A model generated the notes under the pieces. It was not told the origin of the DNA, did not search any database, and worked only from the letters and a program-made list of their open reading frames with translations. The translations under genes were made by a program, and so were the position numbers. This document shows positions 29,423 through 38,852 of a DNA stretch of 64,000 nucleotides, one piece after another (position 1 is the stretch's first letter; each line of letters opens with the position of its first letter). This DNA is from Eubacteriales bacterium (GTDB taxonomy: Bacteria > Bacillota > Clostridia > Oscillospirales > CAG-272): the NCBI GenBank assembly GCA_045580835.1, contig JAZNOM010000048.1, forward strand, positions 21,908-85,907. Direction: 5' to 3'.

Positions 29423-30436
29423 ATGGCTATTCTCGTAACAGGCGGTACCGGTTTTATCGGTTCCCACACAGTAGTTGAGCTTTTAAACGCAGGTAAAGAG
29501 GTTATTATAGTTGACAACTTCTCAAACTCCAAGCCTGTAGTTCTCGACAGAATTGAAAAGATTACCGGTAAGAGATGCAAACTTATCGAGGCTGATCTTC
29601 TCGATTATGACAAGATCGAAAACATTTTCAAGGAAAATAAGATTGAATCCTGCATTCACTTTGCAGGCCTTAAAGCGGTGGGCGAATCTGTAGCAATTCC
29701 GCTTCGCTATTATCACAACAACATTACCGGCACTCTTAATCTTCTCGATATTATGTCCAAGTACGGTGCAAAGAAGATTGTATTCTCTTCTTCCGCTACT
29801 GTTTATGGCAAGCCTAAGAGCGTGCCGATCAGAGAAGATGCCGACCTCTATACAACAAACCCCTATGGCGAAACAAAGCTCATGATCGAGCGTATTCTCT
29901 CCGACCTTTATAACTCTGATAAAGAATGGAGCATTTCTATTCTCCGTTACTTCAATCCCATCGGAGCGCACGAGAGCGGTCTTATCGGTGAAGACCCCAA
30001 GGGTATCCCGAACAATCTCCTTCCTTACATAGCAAAGGTTGCAATCGGCGCGCTTCCTTGCCTCTCCGTATTTGGCAATGACTACAATACACATGACGGT
30101 ACGGGTGTACGCGACTATATTCACGTTGTTGACCTTGCAATTGCGCATCTTCACGCTCTTGAAAGAGCAGAGAAGGTTACCGGCGTTGAGCACTTTAACA
30201 TCGGTACCGGTGTTGGTTACTCTGTTCTTGACATCGTTCATGCTTACGAAGAAGCTATTGGCGAAAAACTTCCTTATAAGATCGTTGACCGCCGTCCCGG
30301 AGATATTGACGAGTGTTATGCTGACCCCACCAGAGCAAAAGAATTGCTTGGTTGGCAGGCAACTCGCGGTATCAAGGAGATGTGCCGTGATAGCGCAAAT
30401 TGGCAGAAAAACAACCCCAACGGCTACGATGCATAA
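29423..30436 (+). CDS. galE: UDP-glucose 4-epimerase
   Basis: VTGGTGFIGSH, SSSATVYG, YGETK, and the end of the protein typical of GalE. The ATG at 29423 follows AGGAGG. Confidence 0.95.
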   Translation: MAILVTGGTGFIGSHTVVELLNAGKEVIIVDNFSNSKPVVLDRIEKITGKRCKLIEADLLDYDKIENIFKENKIESCIHFAGLKAVGESVAIPLRYYHNNITGTLNLLDIMSKYGAKKIVFSSSATVYGKPKSVPIREDADLYTTNPYGETKLMIERILSDLYNSDKEWSISILRYFNPIGAHESGLIGEDPKGIPNNLLPYIAKVAIGALPCLSVFGNDYNTHDGTGVRDYIHVVDLAIAHLHALERAEKVTGVEHFNIGTGVGYSVLDIVHAYEEAIGEKLPYKIVDRRPGDIDECYADPTRAKELLGWQATRGIKEMCRDSANWQKNNPNGYDA

Positions 30437-30446
30437 ATTTGAAAAT

Positions 30447-30479
30447 CGACCAAAAAATTTTGGTCGATTTTTTTATAAA
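30447..30479 (+). terminator. intrinsic terminator after galE
   Basis: aaatcgaccaaaa / ttttggtcgattt stem followed by a T-run. Confidence 0.85.
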
Positions 30480-30484
30480 AACTA

Positions 30485-30513
30485 TTGACAAGTCAAAAAT
30501 AATAGGTTATAAT
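30485..30513 (+). promoter_or_regulatory. sigma-A promoter of the rubrerythrin gene
   Basis: TTGACA, 17 nt, TATAAT. An AT-rich partial dyad downstream (taatcaagaataggaattatta) could be a PerR/Fur-type box, but this is weak. Confidence 0.7.
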
Positions 30514-30578
30514 AAAACCGTAATCAAGAATAGGAATTATTACTAAATAAATTTATCAAATATTTGGAGGAAATTATT

Positions 30579-31121
30579 ATGGCAAAGTATGTATGTTCTG
30601 TATGCGGTTATGTTCACGAGGGTGACAGCGCTCCCGAATTCTGCCCCCAGTGCAAAGTTCCCGCAAGCAAGTTTGTAGAGCAAAAGGAAGAGATGTCTTG
30701 GGCAGCTGAGCACGTTGTAGGCGTTGCACAGGGCGTTAGAGAAGATATTATTGAAGATCTTCGTGCAAATTACATGGGCGAATGCACCGAGGTTGGTATG
30801 TACCTCGCAATGGCTCGCGTAGCTCACAGAGAAGGCTATCCCGAAATCGGTCTTTACTGGGAAAAGGCTGCTTTTGAAGAAGCAGAGCACGCTGCAAAAT
30901 TCGCAGAGCTTCTTGGCGAAGTAGTAACCGACTCCACAAAGAAGAATCTCGAAATGCGTGTTGAGGCTGAAAACGGCGCTACCATGGGCAAGACCGACCT
31001 TGCAAAGCGTGCCAAGGAACTTGGACTTGATGCTATTCACGACATCGTTCATGAAATGGCTCGTGGCGTGGCTCGCCACGGGAAAGCATTCGCAGGTCTT
31101 CTCAAGAGATATTTTAACTAA
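30579..31121 (+). CDS. rbr: reverse rubrerythrin (N-terminal rubredoxin-like domain plus ferritin-like diiron domain)
   Basis: CSVCGY...CPQC at the N-terminus, ExxH diiron motifs (EEAEHA). The ATG at 30579 follows GGAGG. The last ~10 codons lie in or after the island attL core. Confidence 0.92.
   Translation: MAKYVCSVCGYVHEGDSAPEFCPQCKVPASKFVEQKEEMSWAAEHVVGVAQGVREDIIEDLRANYMGECTEVGMYLAMARVAHREGYPEIGLYWEKAAFEEAEHAAKFAELLGEVVTDSTKKNLEMRVEAENGATMGKTDLAKRAKELGLDAIHDIVHEMARGVARHGKAFAGLLKRYFN
31092..31114 (+). repeat. attL core
   Basis: 23/23 identical to 60336..60358. Flanking codons are synonymous variants of the same [13 protein letters not shown] peptide. Confidence 0.88.
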
Positions 31122-31197
31122 TTTTAGATACATATAAATAAAATTAGGAAAGTCTCGGAAGCCGCATAAAATAAGGCTTTTTCAAGGAATAGACACG

Positions 31198-31236
31198 AAA
31201 CACGATTATCTGTTTTTGGATAATCGTGTTTTTTTG
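31198..31236 (+). terminator. intrinsic terminator downstream of rbr (island-supplied)
   Basis: aaacacgattatc / gataatcgtgttt stem followed by a T-run. Confidence 0.85.
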
Positions 31237-31448
31237 TATCTATTTATATTTTTTCGATACGTGGGCAAACCGTGGGGAAAACGAGAATTTTTATAAAGAA
31301 TTAGTCTTTGCCCACGAAAATCCCGCAACCCCTTGTCAGTGCTGGGCTCACGAGCTCTCAAAATTTTCAAATGTGGGCAAATTTTTGCGCTAAAAATTAA
31401 GATTCCTGCTTTCAAATTGCTACAATGAAAAGTAAAGGAGGAAACTAA

Positions 31449-32636
31449 ATGAAAGGTAGCGTAAGAAAAAGAGGAGCAACTTGGTCATACCGTGTTGAAT
31501 TGGGTGTTGTCCAAGGCAGAAGAAATCAAATTGAGAGAGGAGGTTATCAAACTAAAAAGGAAGCCGAAAAAGCTTTAAACGATGTTTTGTATCAATATAA
31601 CAATACGGGTGATTATATTGAGAATAAGAAGATCACTTTTACCGAGGTGTACACAGAGTTTATAGAGAACGAGGCACCGGCAACAAGGGCATATGCAACT
31701 ATTGTCAGATATAAGTCACTGTATAACAATCACTTCAAGGATAGGTTTGGTCCCTATTATATGTATCAAATCACCGCAAATTCGATAAACGACTTCTTGA
31801 ATGAAAAGCGCACCTATTTAAGTGAGGAATTCGTCAAAGGGCTTTACAAATTTCTAAAGGTGCTTTTCGGATACGCACACAAAAGGCAATATACAAAGAA
31901 AGATATTTTTGAAAGTGTCACCGCTCCGCCTGATCCCCGCCATATCGGCGAAATTCGAGCCTACAGCACAGAAGAACTTGCGTCAATGGAAGAACGCTTA
32001 CAAGGAACAAACGTCATCATTTCCTTTTATATCGCTCTCAACACTGGCATGCGTGAAAGTGAAATATTCGGGTTGCAGTGGAGTGATGTTGATTTTGAAG
32101 CAAAGAAAATCAAAATACATAAGCAACTTTTATTTCAAGATAAAAAGTGGTGTTTTTGTCCTCTTAAAACAAAGAATGCCTACAGAAGTGTCAATATTAC
32201 CGATAGCTTCTGCGAATATCTAAAAAGCTTAAAAGAGCAGCAAGCAAAAAACAAAGTATTCTACGAGGACGGATATAAAAGAAACTTTGTAACAGACCGC
32301 CTTGTACGCAACAAGGAAAAATTGCTTGAAATAACCGATTTTATCAATGTAAAACCAAACGGCGAGATGCTTACTACAAATAGCATCAAGTTTATGGCAA
32401 ATGTCATGAAGAACGAGCTTAACATACCGTTTAAATTTCATAATTTGAGGCACACATTTGCAACTGTTCTTGCAGAAAGCGGTATAAGCCCTAAGTATGT
32501 GCAGGAAACACTCGGACACGCAAAACTCGAATTCACTTTGCGCTACTATACACACATCACCGAAAAAATGGGCAGTGCCGCCAAAGAAGCCCTCGAAGGC
32601 TTAGTTAGTTTTAAAAGCAATAAGGAGAACGATTAG
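31449..32636 (+). CDS. int: tyrosine-type site-specific integrase
   Basis: N-terminal arm-binding style MKGSVRKRGATWSYRV. Catalytic region has R (GMRESE), HNLRHTFAT, LGHAKLEFTLRYYTH. RBS AAAGGAGG. Confidence 0.95.
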   Translation: MKGSVRKRGATWSYRVELGVVQGRRNQIERGGYQTKKEAEKALNDVLYQYNNTGDYIENKKITFTEVYTEFIENEAPATRAYATIVRYKSLYNNHFKDRFGPYYMYQITANSINDFLNEKRTYLSEEFVKGLYKFLKVLFGYAHKRQYTKKDIFESVTAPPDPRHIGEIRAYSTEELASMEERLQGTNVIISFYIALNTGMRESEIFGLQWSDVDFEAKKIKIHKQLLFQDKKWCFCPLKTKNAYRSVNITDSFCEYLKSLKEQQAKNKVFYEDGYKRNFVTDRLVRNKEKLLEITDFINVKPNGEMLTTNSIKFMANVMKNELNIPFKFHNLRHTFATVLAESGISPKYVQETLGHAKLEFTLRYYTHITEKMGSAAKEALEGLVSFKSNKEND

Positions 32637-32637
32637 T

Positions 32638-32970
32638 ATGGATGAATTAGTTTATAACCGAGAATGCTTGGAGTTTATACACCAACGAGGTGGCAAGGTG
32701 TTTGAAAAGTTTGATCTTGTCGTAGGCGCTCTCGTGAGAAATGAAAAGCCAATTATTGACGCTTATGTAAAACATATTTCAAATAAAAAATATAGTGATT
32801 TATACGAAATTTGCTTTCAAGTTTCAGGTAAACTGATAAGAATTCTATTTGCAAATGATGATGCAGAAAATGATATTATATTCTTGCATGCCTTCGAGAA
32901 AAACGATAAAAAGGATACCGACAAGGCATTAGAAATAGCATATAAGAGATTGAAAGCATATAAAACGTAA
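32638..32970 (+). CDS. Gp49-like / HigB (RelE-ParE superfamily) toxin-like protein
   Basis: LYEICFQVSGKLIRILFANDDAENDIIFLHAFEKNDKKDTDKALEIAYKRLKAY matches the Gp49/HigB pattern (LxElR...RilY...vlLhgF.KK..k.p..ei..A..r). Starts 2 nt after the int stop. Confidence 0.6.
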   Translation: MDELVYNRECLEFIHQRGGKVFEKFDLVVGALVRNEKPIIDAYVKHISNKKYSDLYEICFQVSGKLIRILFANDDAENDIIFLHAFEKNDKKDTDKALEIAYKRLKAYKT

Positions 32971-32975
32971 AAACA

Positions 32976-33009
32976 GCACAAGCAGGAGTGGTAATACTCC
33001 TGCTTGTGC
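32976..33009 (+). terminator. strong hairpin after the int/toxin-like unit
   Basis: Perfect 14-bp stem gcacaagcaggagt / actcctgcttgtgc. The T-tract is weak. Confidence 0.6.
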
Positions 33010-33129
33010 GTTATATAGGCCACTATACAGGCTTGCGTTTGGTTTGTACATTTTGCAAATTCAAAAGTTGCGAAATAACTTTCAATATGCTATACTTGTG
33101 TTAAGTATTCTATTAAATTGGAGAATGAA

Positions 33130-35856
33130 ATGCCAAATATCAATAACAATTTGATAATTATAAAAGGCGAAGATAAAACTGCGTCTATACGTAATTTTGC
33201 TTTTGAACAACATAAGCCAGTTGTTTGGATTACATACAATAGTGGTAGACAGTATCCGTATAATACAGATGACGTTATTTTTTTAAAGAACCCAAATGTA
33301 ACAGTAATAAAAGATCAAATCGTTTTAATAAATGGTGTTCCTAAGTCAGGTGTAACAATCGTGCAAGAATTTGAAATGTATTGCAGGTTGATTTTTAAGA
33401 ACAATTATACCGAACTTTGCCGTGCAGCAGAAGTAAAAATAGTTGACTCTGCTTTGAGCAAGCCAGATTCAAAAAGCTGTTTCGAATACTTAAAGGAAAT
33501 AGCATATCAAGTTGGATTGTACACACCGGACGGACACAATATTTTGGGTGCAAGATATTCTAAAATAGATTTTATCCGAGAAGACAGTATTTTAGCTTCA
33601 TTTTTGAGCGGTGAACTTAAAGATAATTGCTATGCGAAAGATAAAACTGCAGTGTTTCCGTTTGGCTTCAATGTAAGCCAAAAAATGGCGGTAGACAATG
33701 CGTTGAATTACAAACTTAGTGTTATCGAAGGTCCTCCAGGTACAGGAAAAACACAAACAATTTTGAATATAATTGCGAATGCCATTATGCGTGGCGAAAG
33801 TGTGGCGGTGGTTTCCAGTAATAATTCCGCAACATCAAATGTATTACAAAAACTTCAAAAATACAATGTTGGATTTATTGCAGCACCTCTTGGTAGCAAG
33901 AAGAATAAAGAAGCATTTGTAGAAAATCAGTCGGCAGATTTGCCAGATATGACATCATGGAAACTTGACACGCTTGAATATTTACAAAAGATACAGACAT
34001 TGCATTCAGAAGCAAAAGCGCTTGATGATGCTTTGTTATTAAAAAACGAACTTTCAAAACTTTCACAAGAGAGTGAAACTGTTACGCTGGAGTCGGAACA
34101 TTTTAGTGAGTACTTAAATAATTTTAATCTGATTTTTAAACCTTCATTTTATAAAGCAAAAGCATCCAGTATTCTTTTATTTGTCGCAGAATACGATTTC
34201 AGTATGCAAGATGGCAGAAAGATCAATTTTTTAAAACGCGCAAAATGGCTTTTAAAATACGGAATAGTTAGTTCAAAGTTTCTAAAAGAACCAGCCGAAA
34301 AAGTTATTTCATATTGTTATAGTTTATATTATAAACGACGTTCTGAGGAGATCGCTAGGCGTATTACCAAGATAGAGAAAGAACTTGCTAAGTATGATTT
34401 TCATAAGAAATTGGAAGAATACTCTGAGTTGTCTGCGGTTCTTTTTAGAGCTAAACTTCAAGAAAAATTCGAAGGCGTTCGTTCGCGATATTTGTATAGT
34501 CAAGATGACTTGTGGAAACATTCCGATCAGTTTATTAAAGACTATCCCGTTGTGCTAAGTACTACATATTCACTTAGAGCAAGTTTGTCAAACCAATTTG
34601 TATATGACTATGTTATCATAGATGAGGCATCTCAAGTAGACTTGGCGACAGGAGCACTAGCGTTATCTTGTGCAAAAAAAGCGATCATTGTTGGTGATTT
34701 GAAACAGTTGCCTAATGTTGTCGATAATGCGCAAAAAAATGCTACAGATGAGATATTTTCAAGGCACAGACTTCCCGAAGTGTATCGATATTCAAACCAT
34801 AGCTTGCTTTCTTCGATAACTGAAATGTTTGATGAAGTTCCGCAAGTTTTGCTAAAAGAGCATTATCGCTGTCATCCGGAGATTATTGGCTTTTGTAATC
34901 AACGTTTTTATAATAACGAATTGATCATCTTAACAGAGGCAAGGCAAGATCGGCAACCAATGATGGTTTATAAAACTGTAGCCGGGAACCACGCTAGAGG
35001 GCATATAAATCAGCGACAGATTGATGTAATAATGAATGAGGTTATTCCGCAGCAGAACTTGAATCTGAACGATGGCTCTGTTGGTATTGTTACACCGTAC
35101 CGAGATCAAGCAGATGCTCTGCAAAGTGCATTTGCTGAAACAAGCGTAAAAGCGGATACTGCTGATAAATTTCAAGGGCAAGAACGTAGCGTAATTATAC
35201 TTTCGACCGTTGATAACCAGATTTCAGAATTTGCATCTGATCCTAATCGTTTGAATGTAGCCGTTTCTCGCGCTATTGATCAGTTTATAGTTGTAACTGA
35301 TGGCAATGACAGCGATGGCACTTCAAATATTCACGAACTTATAGGATATATTAGATACAATAATCATGAAGTTATTGATAGCCAAGTATATTCGGTTTTC
35401 GACTATTTGTATAATAGTTATGCCAAAGAGCGTGAAAAGGTTCTCAAAAAATATGGACGTATATCTGATGTAGAGAGTGAAAATCTAATGTATGCGGTCG
35501 TCCGTGATGTACTTGGAGAAGACCGCTTTTCAAAATACGGTGTGGTATCACACATTCCATTGCACATGATTCTTAATGATATGGAAAAACTCACTCCTGA
35601 AGAACTTAAATTCGCGAGTAATCATTTAACACACGTGGATTTTATGATCTTTTCTAAACTTACACATCTGCCGGTGCTTGTAGTTGAAGTAGATGGTTTT
35701 GCTTTTCATAAACGAAACGAGAAGCAACGTCAGCGAGACATAACTAAAGACACTATTTTAGAAAAATATAACATTCCTGTGCTGCGACTGAGTACTGTGG
35801 AAAGTCAAGAAAAAGAACGATTGATAGAAGCGCTTTCAAAAACTATCGATTTATAA
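33130..35856 (+). CDS. SF1 (Upf1/DNA2-like) helicase fused to a C-terminal DUF2726/DUF559-like PD-(D/E)xK nuclease domain
   Basis: Walker A GPPGTGKT, Walker B VIIDEASQ, GDLKQLPNVV, HYRCHPEII, VTPYRDQ, KFQGQERSVIILS. C-terminus has HVDFMIF...VVEVDGFAFH...R. The ATG at 33130 follows GGAGAA. Confidence 0.88.
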   Translation: MPNINNNLIIIKGEDKTASIRNFAFEQHKPVVWITYNSGRQYPYNTDDVIFLKNPNVTVIKDQIVLINGVPKSGVTIVQEFEMYCRLIFKNNYTELCRAAEVKIVDSALSKPDSKSCFEYLKEIAYQVGLYTPDGHNILGARYSKIDFIREDSILASFLSGELKDNCYAKDKTAVFPFGFNVSQKMAVDNALNYKLSVIEGPPGTGKTQTILNIIANAIMRGESVAVVSSNNSATSNVLQKLQKYNVGFIAAPLGSKKNKEAFVENQSADLPDMTSWKLDTLEYLQKIQTLHSEAKALDDALLLKNELSKLSQESETVTLESEHFSEYLNNFNLIFKPSFYKAKASSILLFVAEYDFSMQDGRKINFLKRAKWLLKYGIVSSKFLKEPAEKVISYCYSLYYKRRSEEIARRITKIEKELAKYDFHKKLEEYSELSAVLFRAKLQEKFEGVRSRYLYSQDDLWKHSDQFIKDYPVVLSTTYSLRASLSNQFVYDYVIIDEASQVDLATGALALSCAKKAIIVGDLKQLPNVVDNAQKNATDEIFSRHRLPEVYRYSNHSLLSSITEMFDEVPQVLLKEHYRCHPEIIGFCNQRFYNNELIILTEARQDRQPMMVYKTVAGNHARGHINQRQIDVIMNEVIPQQNLNLNDGSVGIVTPYRDQADALQSAFAETSVKADTADKFQGQERSVIILSTVDNQISEFASDPNRLNVAVSRAIDQFIVVTDGNDSDGTSNIHELIGYIRYNNHEVIDSQVYSVFDYLYNSYAKEREKVLKKYGRISDVESENLMYAVVRDVLGEDRFSKYGVVSHIPLHMILNDMEKLTPEELKFASNHLTHVDFMIFSKLTHLPVLVVEVDGFAFHKRNEKQRQRDITKDTILEKYNIPVLRLSTVESQEKERLIEALSKTIDL

Positions 35857-36242
35857 AAAATGTAGAGAACATAGTATTAACAATTTTGTTACTGACGGTA
35901 AACATTTTAATCCGTTATAATTGTCGAATACGTCGTAAATGAAAAGGCAACTGTTTACGTTTTGACGACCTATTTGAAGCGCAGTATAGGTGTCTGTTTA
36001 ATCTGGATAAGATGGAGAGAGTGTTACTTGCACTTTCTGACGGCAATGTAGATAATATTAAGGCATTTGAAAAGCATATTAAATACTAAATTCAGATTGT
36101 GAATTAATTGAAATTGATTATGAATTCTTTTATAATTGCTATAAAGATAGTTTTAGGAATAAACGCTTCGATCACAAAAGAAATATAACAAACTAATAGT
36201 TGTTTAACCAAAAGCCGAAAAGCAGTGAATAATAATCATGCT

Positions 36243-36272
36243 GTCACAGGTTCGAGCCCGGCAGGGGGAGCC
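36243..36272 (+). other. degenerate tRNA 3'-end-like fragment
   Basis: gtcacaGGTTCGAGCCcggcagggggagCC resembles a T-loop plus acceptor 3' strand, but the T-stem does not pair. It is followed by hairpin agagacaaac/gtttgtctct plus a T-run (36277..36326). Confidence 0.3.
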
Positions 36273-36942
36273 GAAAGAGACAAACGCTTTTTATAATATA
36301 GTTATAATGATGTTTGTCTCTTTTTATATGCAAATTTCATAGCATTTCTGTTTAATAATATACAGGATGAACAATCAGAATTGAAAGTCTAAGGGTAAGC
36401 AAGATATTCATAACATCATAATGGTAATGTTTAAAAATTTAATACTATAAATTATGAGCACATTTGAGTGAAATCAAGATGTGCTTTTATATTTTTAAAA
36501 TTATAAGGAGGAAGTTAAAATGGTGGAATTGGATTTGTATGAATCAAGATTGTTCGGTAGGATTTGTTACGGTTTGGTAGAGATGAAAAAGGATATGCTT
36601 ATATCAAAGATAATGAAATTAATGTGGTTTGAATGATTTATGATATATCCATTTTCGTATGATTTGCAAGAAGTTCTGAAATTCATATCTTAGATATAAA
36701 ATTCTATTTTTTGACCAGAATTAACCTCGATGCATTTAACAATATTTTTTATAAATGGTTCAAAATTATGATTCATATTTAATTCTCTTAATGTGTGCCA
36801 AATACTTATAGTTTTATCAAAAACATCCCTTGTCAACTTATCTTTTCCTAAAGGAGATTTAATTACCCTGCTGTGTAATTCTGCCGGAATATTCTGCAAG
36901 CTGTGACCATTGATAGATAGTATATATTTTTCACTGCTCTCA

Positions 36943-36971
36943 TTGATAAATTAAGAAAAATATGGTATAAT
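36943..36971 (+). promoter_or_regulatory. sigma-A promoter of the caspase/TIR operon
   Basis: TTGATA (36943-48), 17 nt, TATAAT (36966-71) with an upstream TGG (extended -10), 35 nt before the ATG. Confidence 0.7.
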
Positions 36972-37005
36972 GTAAAAAAATCTCAAGAAACGCAAGGAGA
37001 ATCCA

Positions 37006-37974
37006 ATGAGAAAAGCCTTAGTTGTAGGAATTGATAATTATTCTTCTTGTCCACTAAATTGTTGTTGTAATGATGCAGATGATATGGCAAGGATTTTATC
37101 TAATAATGGTGATGGTTCAGCTAATTTTGTAGTGAAGTTAGAAAAAGATGTTAGTAAGAAAGCGGATTTAAGGAGATTAATCGAAGAGTGTTTCTCAGGA
37201 AATTCAGATGTTGCGCTATTTTATTTTTCGGGACATGGGCATATAGATGCGGTGGGAGGATATCTTGTAACACCCGATTATAGTAAATATGATTGTGGAG
37301 TATCGTTGCAGGATATATTGACTATTGCAAATAATTCAAAATGTAGAAATAAGATTATCATTTTAGATAGTTGCTATTCAGGATTTATGGGGGATATCAA
37401 TACAAGCGGTCAAAGCACAACTATAATTAATGAAGGTGTAACTATATTAACAGCAAGTCGTTCGACTGAAACATCTATAGAGGTCAATGGGCATGGCTTA
37501 TTTACGTCATTGTTGATAGAAGCTATGGAAGGTGGAGCAGCTGATATTACTGGGCACATAACTCCAGGTGGAATATATGCATACATAGATAAAGCATTAG
37601 GGCCTTGGGAACAAAGACCTGTGTTCAAAACAAATGTTACTAGATTTACATCATTGCGTAATGTAGTTCCAAGAGTAGATATGGCTGTTATCCGAAAAAT
37701 ATGCGACTATTTTAATAGGGAGGATGAAAGATTGCCGCTTAATTCATCTTTTGAACCAACTAATACTCCAAATGCAAAGCATGAAATTTTAGAACCTTAC
37801 GCAGATGAAAATAATGTAAGAATATTTTCGGATTTGCAAAAATTAGAAGGAATAGGATTAGTTGCTCCAGTTGAAGAAGAGCATATGTATTTTGCAGCAA
37901 TGAATTCTAAATCATGTGAATTAACATCGATCGGAAAACAATATTGGCGACTAGTTAGTAAGAATTTAATATAA
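37006..37974 (+). CDS. caspase-like (peptidase C14) protease with an uncharacterised ~120-aa C-terminal domain
   Basis: ALVVGIDNY, catalytic His in LFYFSGHG, catalytic Cys in IILDSCYSG. RBS AAGGAG. Confidence 0.9.
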   Translation: MRKALVVGIDNYSSCPLNCCCNDADDMARILSNNGDGSANFVVKLEKDVSKKADLRRLIEECFSGNSDVALFYFSGHGHIDAVGGYLVTPDYSKYDCGVSLQDILTIANNSKCRNKIIILDSCYSGFMGDINTSGQSTTIINEGVTILTASRSTETSIEVNGHGLFTSLLIEAMEGGAADITGHITPGGIYAYIDKALGPWEQRPVFKTNVTRFTSLRNVVPRVDMAVIRKICDYFNREDERLPLNSSFEPTNTPNAKHEILEPYADENNVRIFSDLQKLEGIGLVAPVEEEHMYFAAMNSKSCELTSIGKQYWRLVSKNLI

Positions 37975-37986
37975 AGGAATTGTGCT

Positions 37987-38376
37987 ATGGCAAAGAAAAG
38001 AAGTTTTATAAGTTTTGATTATGATAATGATAGTGATTTGAAAGCGTTATTAGTAGGACAAGCAAGGAATTCAGACTCCCCATTTTCAATAGCCGATATG
38101 TCAATTAAACATAAAATTGAAAAAGATTGGAAAGATAATGCCAGAAAAAGAATAAAAGGCTGTGATGTTGTTATTGTTATATGCGGAACAAAGACTCATT
38201 TAGCAACAGGCGTAGGCACCGAAATTAAAATAGCACAGGAAGAGGGAATACCATATTTTTTGCTTTGTGGAAGAAGCGATAAGAAATGTACCAAACCTAA
38301 AGAGGCAAAAAATGATGACAAAATGTATAGGTGGACATGGAATAATTTAAAACTACTTATTGGAGGTTCACGATGA
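37987..38376 (+). CDS. TIR-like protein (DUF1863 / ThsB-like)
   Basis: SFISFDYDNDSD ... CDVVIVICG ... GVGTEIKIAQEEGIPYFLL pattern of the MTH538/DUF1863 TIR-like fold. Confidence 0.8.
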   Translation: MAKKRSFISFDYDNDSDLKALLVGQARNSDSPFSIADMSIKHKIEKDWKDNARKRIKGCDVVIVICGTKTHLATGVGTEIKIAQEEGIPYFLLCGRSDKKCTKPKEAKNDDKMYRWTWNNLKLLIGGSR

Positions 38377-38837
38377 AAATTTTTGTTTCGCATAAAAGAG
38401 AAGATGCAATAATTGCAAATGCTATAGCTAATGAATTAAAACGGTTAGGAATTAGCTGCTATCTTGATTTATTGGATGCGGGCATGGTACTTAATGGTAA
38501 AGCCCTTACAGAACATATAAAACGCAATTTGAACAATTGCACTGATATTATAGTTGTAATGTCTGAGAACACTAGATATTCACAATGGGTTCCTTTTGAG
38601 GTTGGTATGTCTGCACAGAAAGATATGCCAACAGCTACATATCTAAAGGAGGATGTGGATTTGCCAAGTTTTTTAAGCTACTGGCCCCGGTTGAAAAAAC
38701 TTTCAGATATTCAGAAGTACGTATCAGCACGCAACGAAGTAAAAAGAGAGTATATACATAAATCCTTATTTGAAAGTGCTTCAGTAACTAGATCACAAAC
38801 TGACAGATTTTATGAGGTTTTGAAACAAAGACTGTAA
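38373..38837 (+). CDS. TIR domain protein
   Basis: KIFVSHKREDA ... LKRLGISCYLD ... IIVVMSENTRYSQWVPFEVG (the W..E segment carries the usual catalytic Glu position). ATGA overlap with the upstream gene. Confidence 0.82.
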   Translation: MKIFVSHKREDAIIANAIANELKRLGISCYLDLLDAGMVLNGKALTEHIKRNLNNCTDIIVVMSENTRYSQWVPFEVGMSAQKDMPTATYLKEDVDLPSFLSYWPRLKKLSDIQKYVSARNEVKREYIHKSLFESASVTRSQTDRFYEVLKQRL

Positions 38838-38852
38838 AGAAAGGAAGACAAA

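Noticed and set aside
29522-30241. 239-aa minus-strand ORF
   Set aside because: It lies antisense to galE and has no recognisable motifs.
30543-31133. 196-aa minus-strand ORF
   Set aside because: It lies antisense to the rubrerythrin gene.
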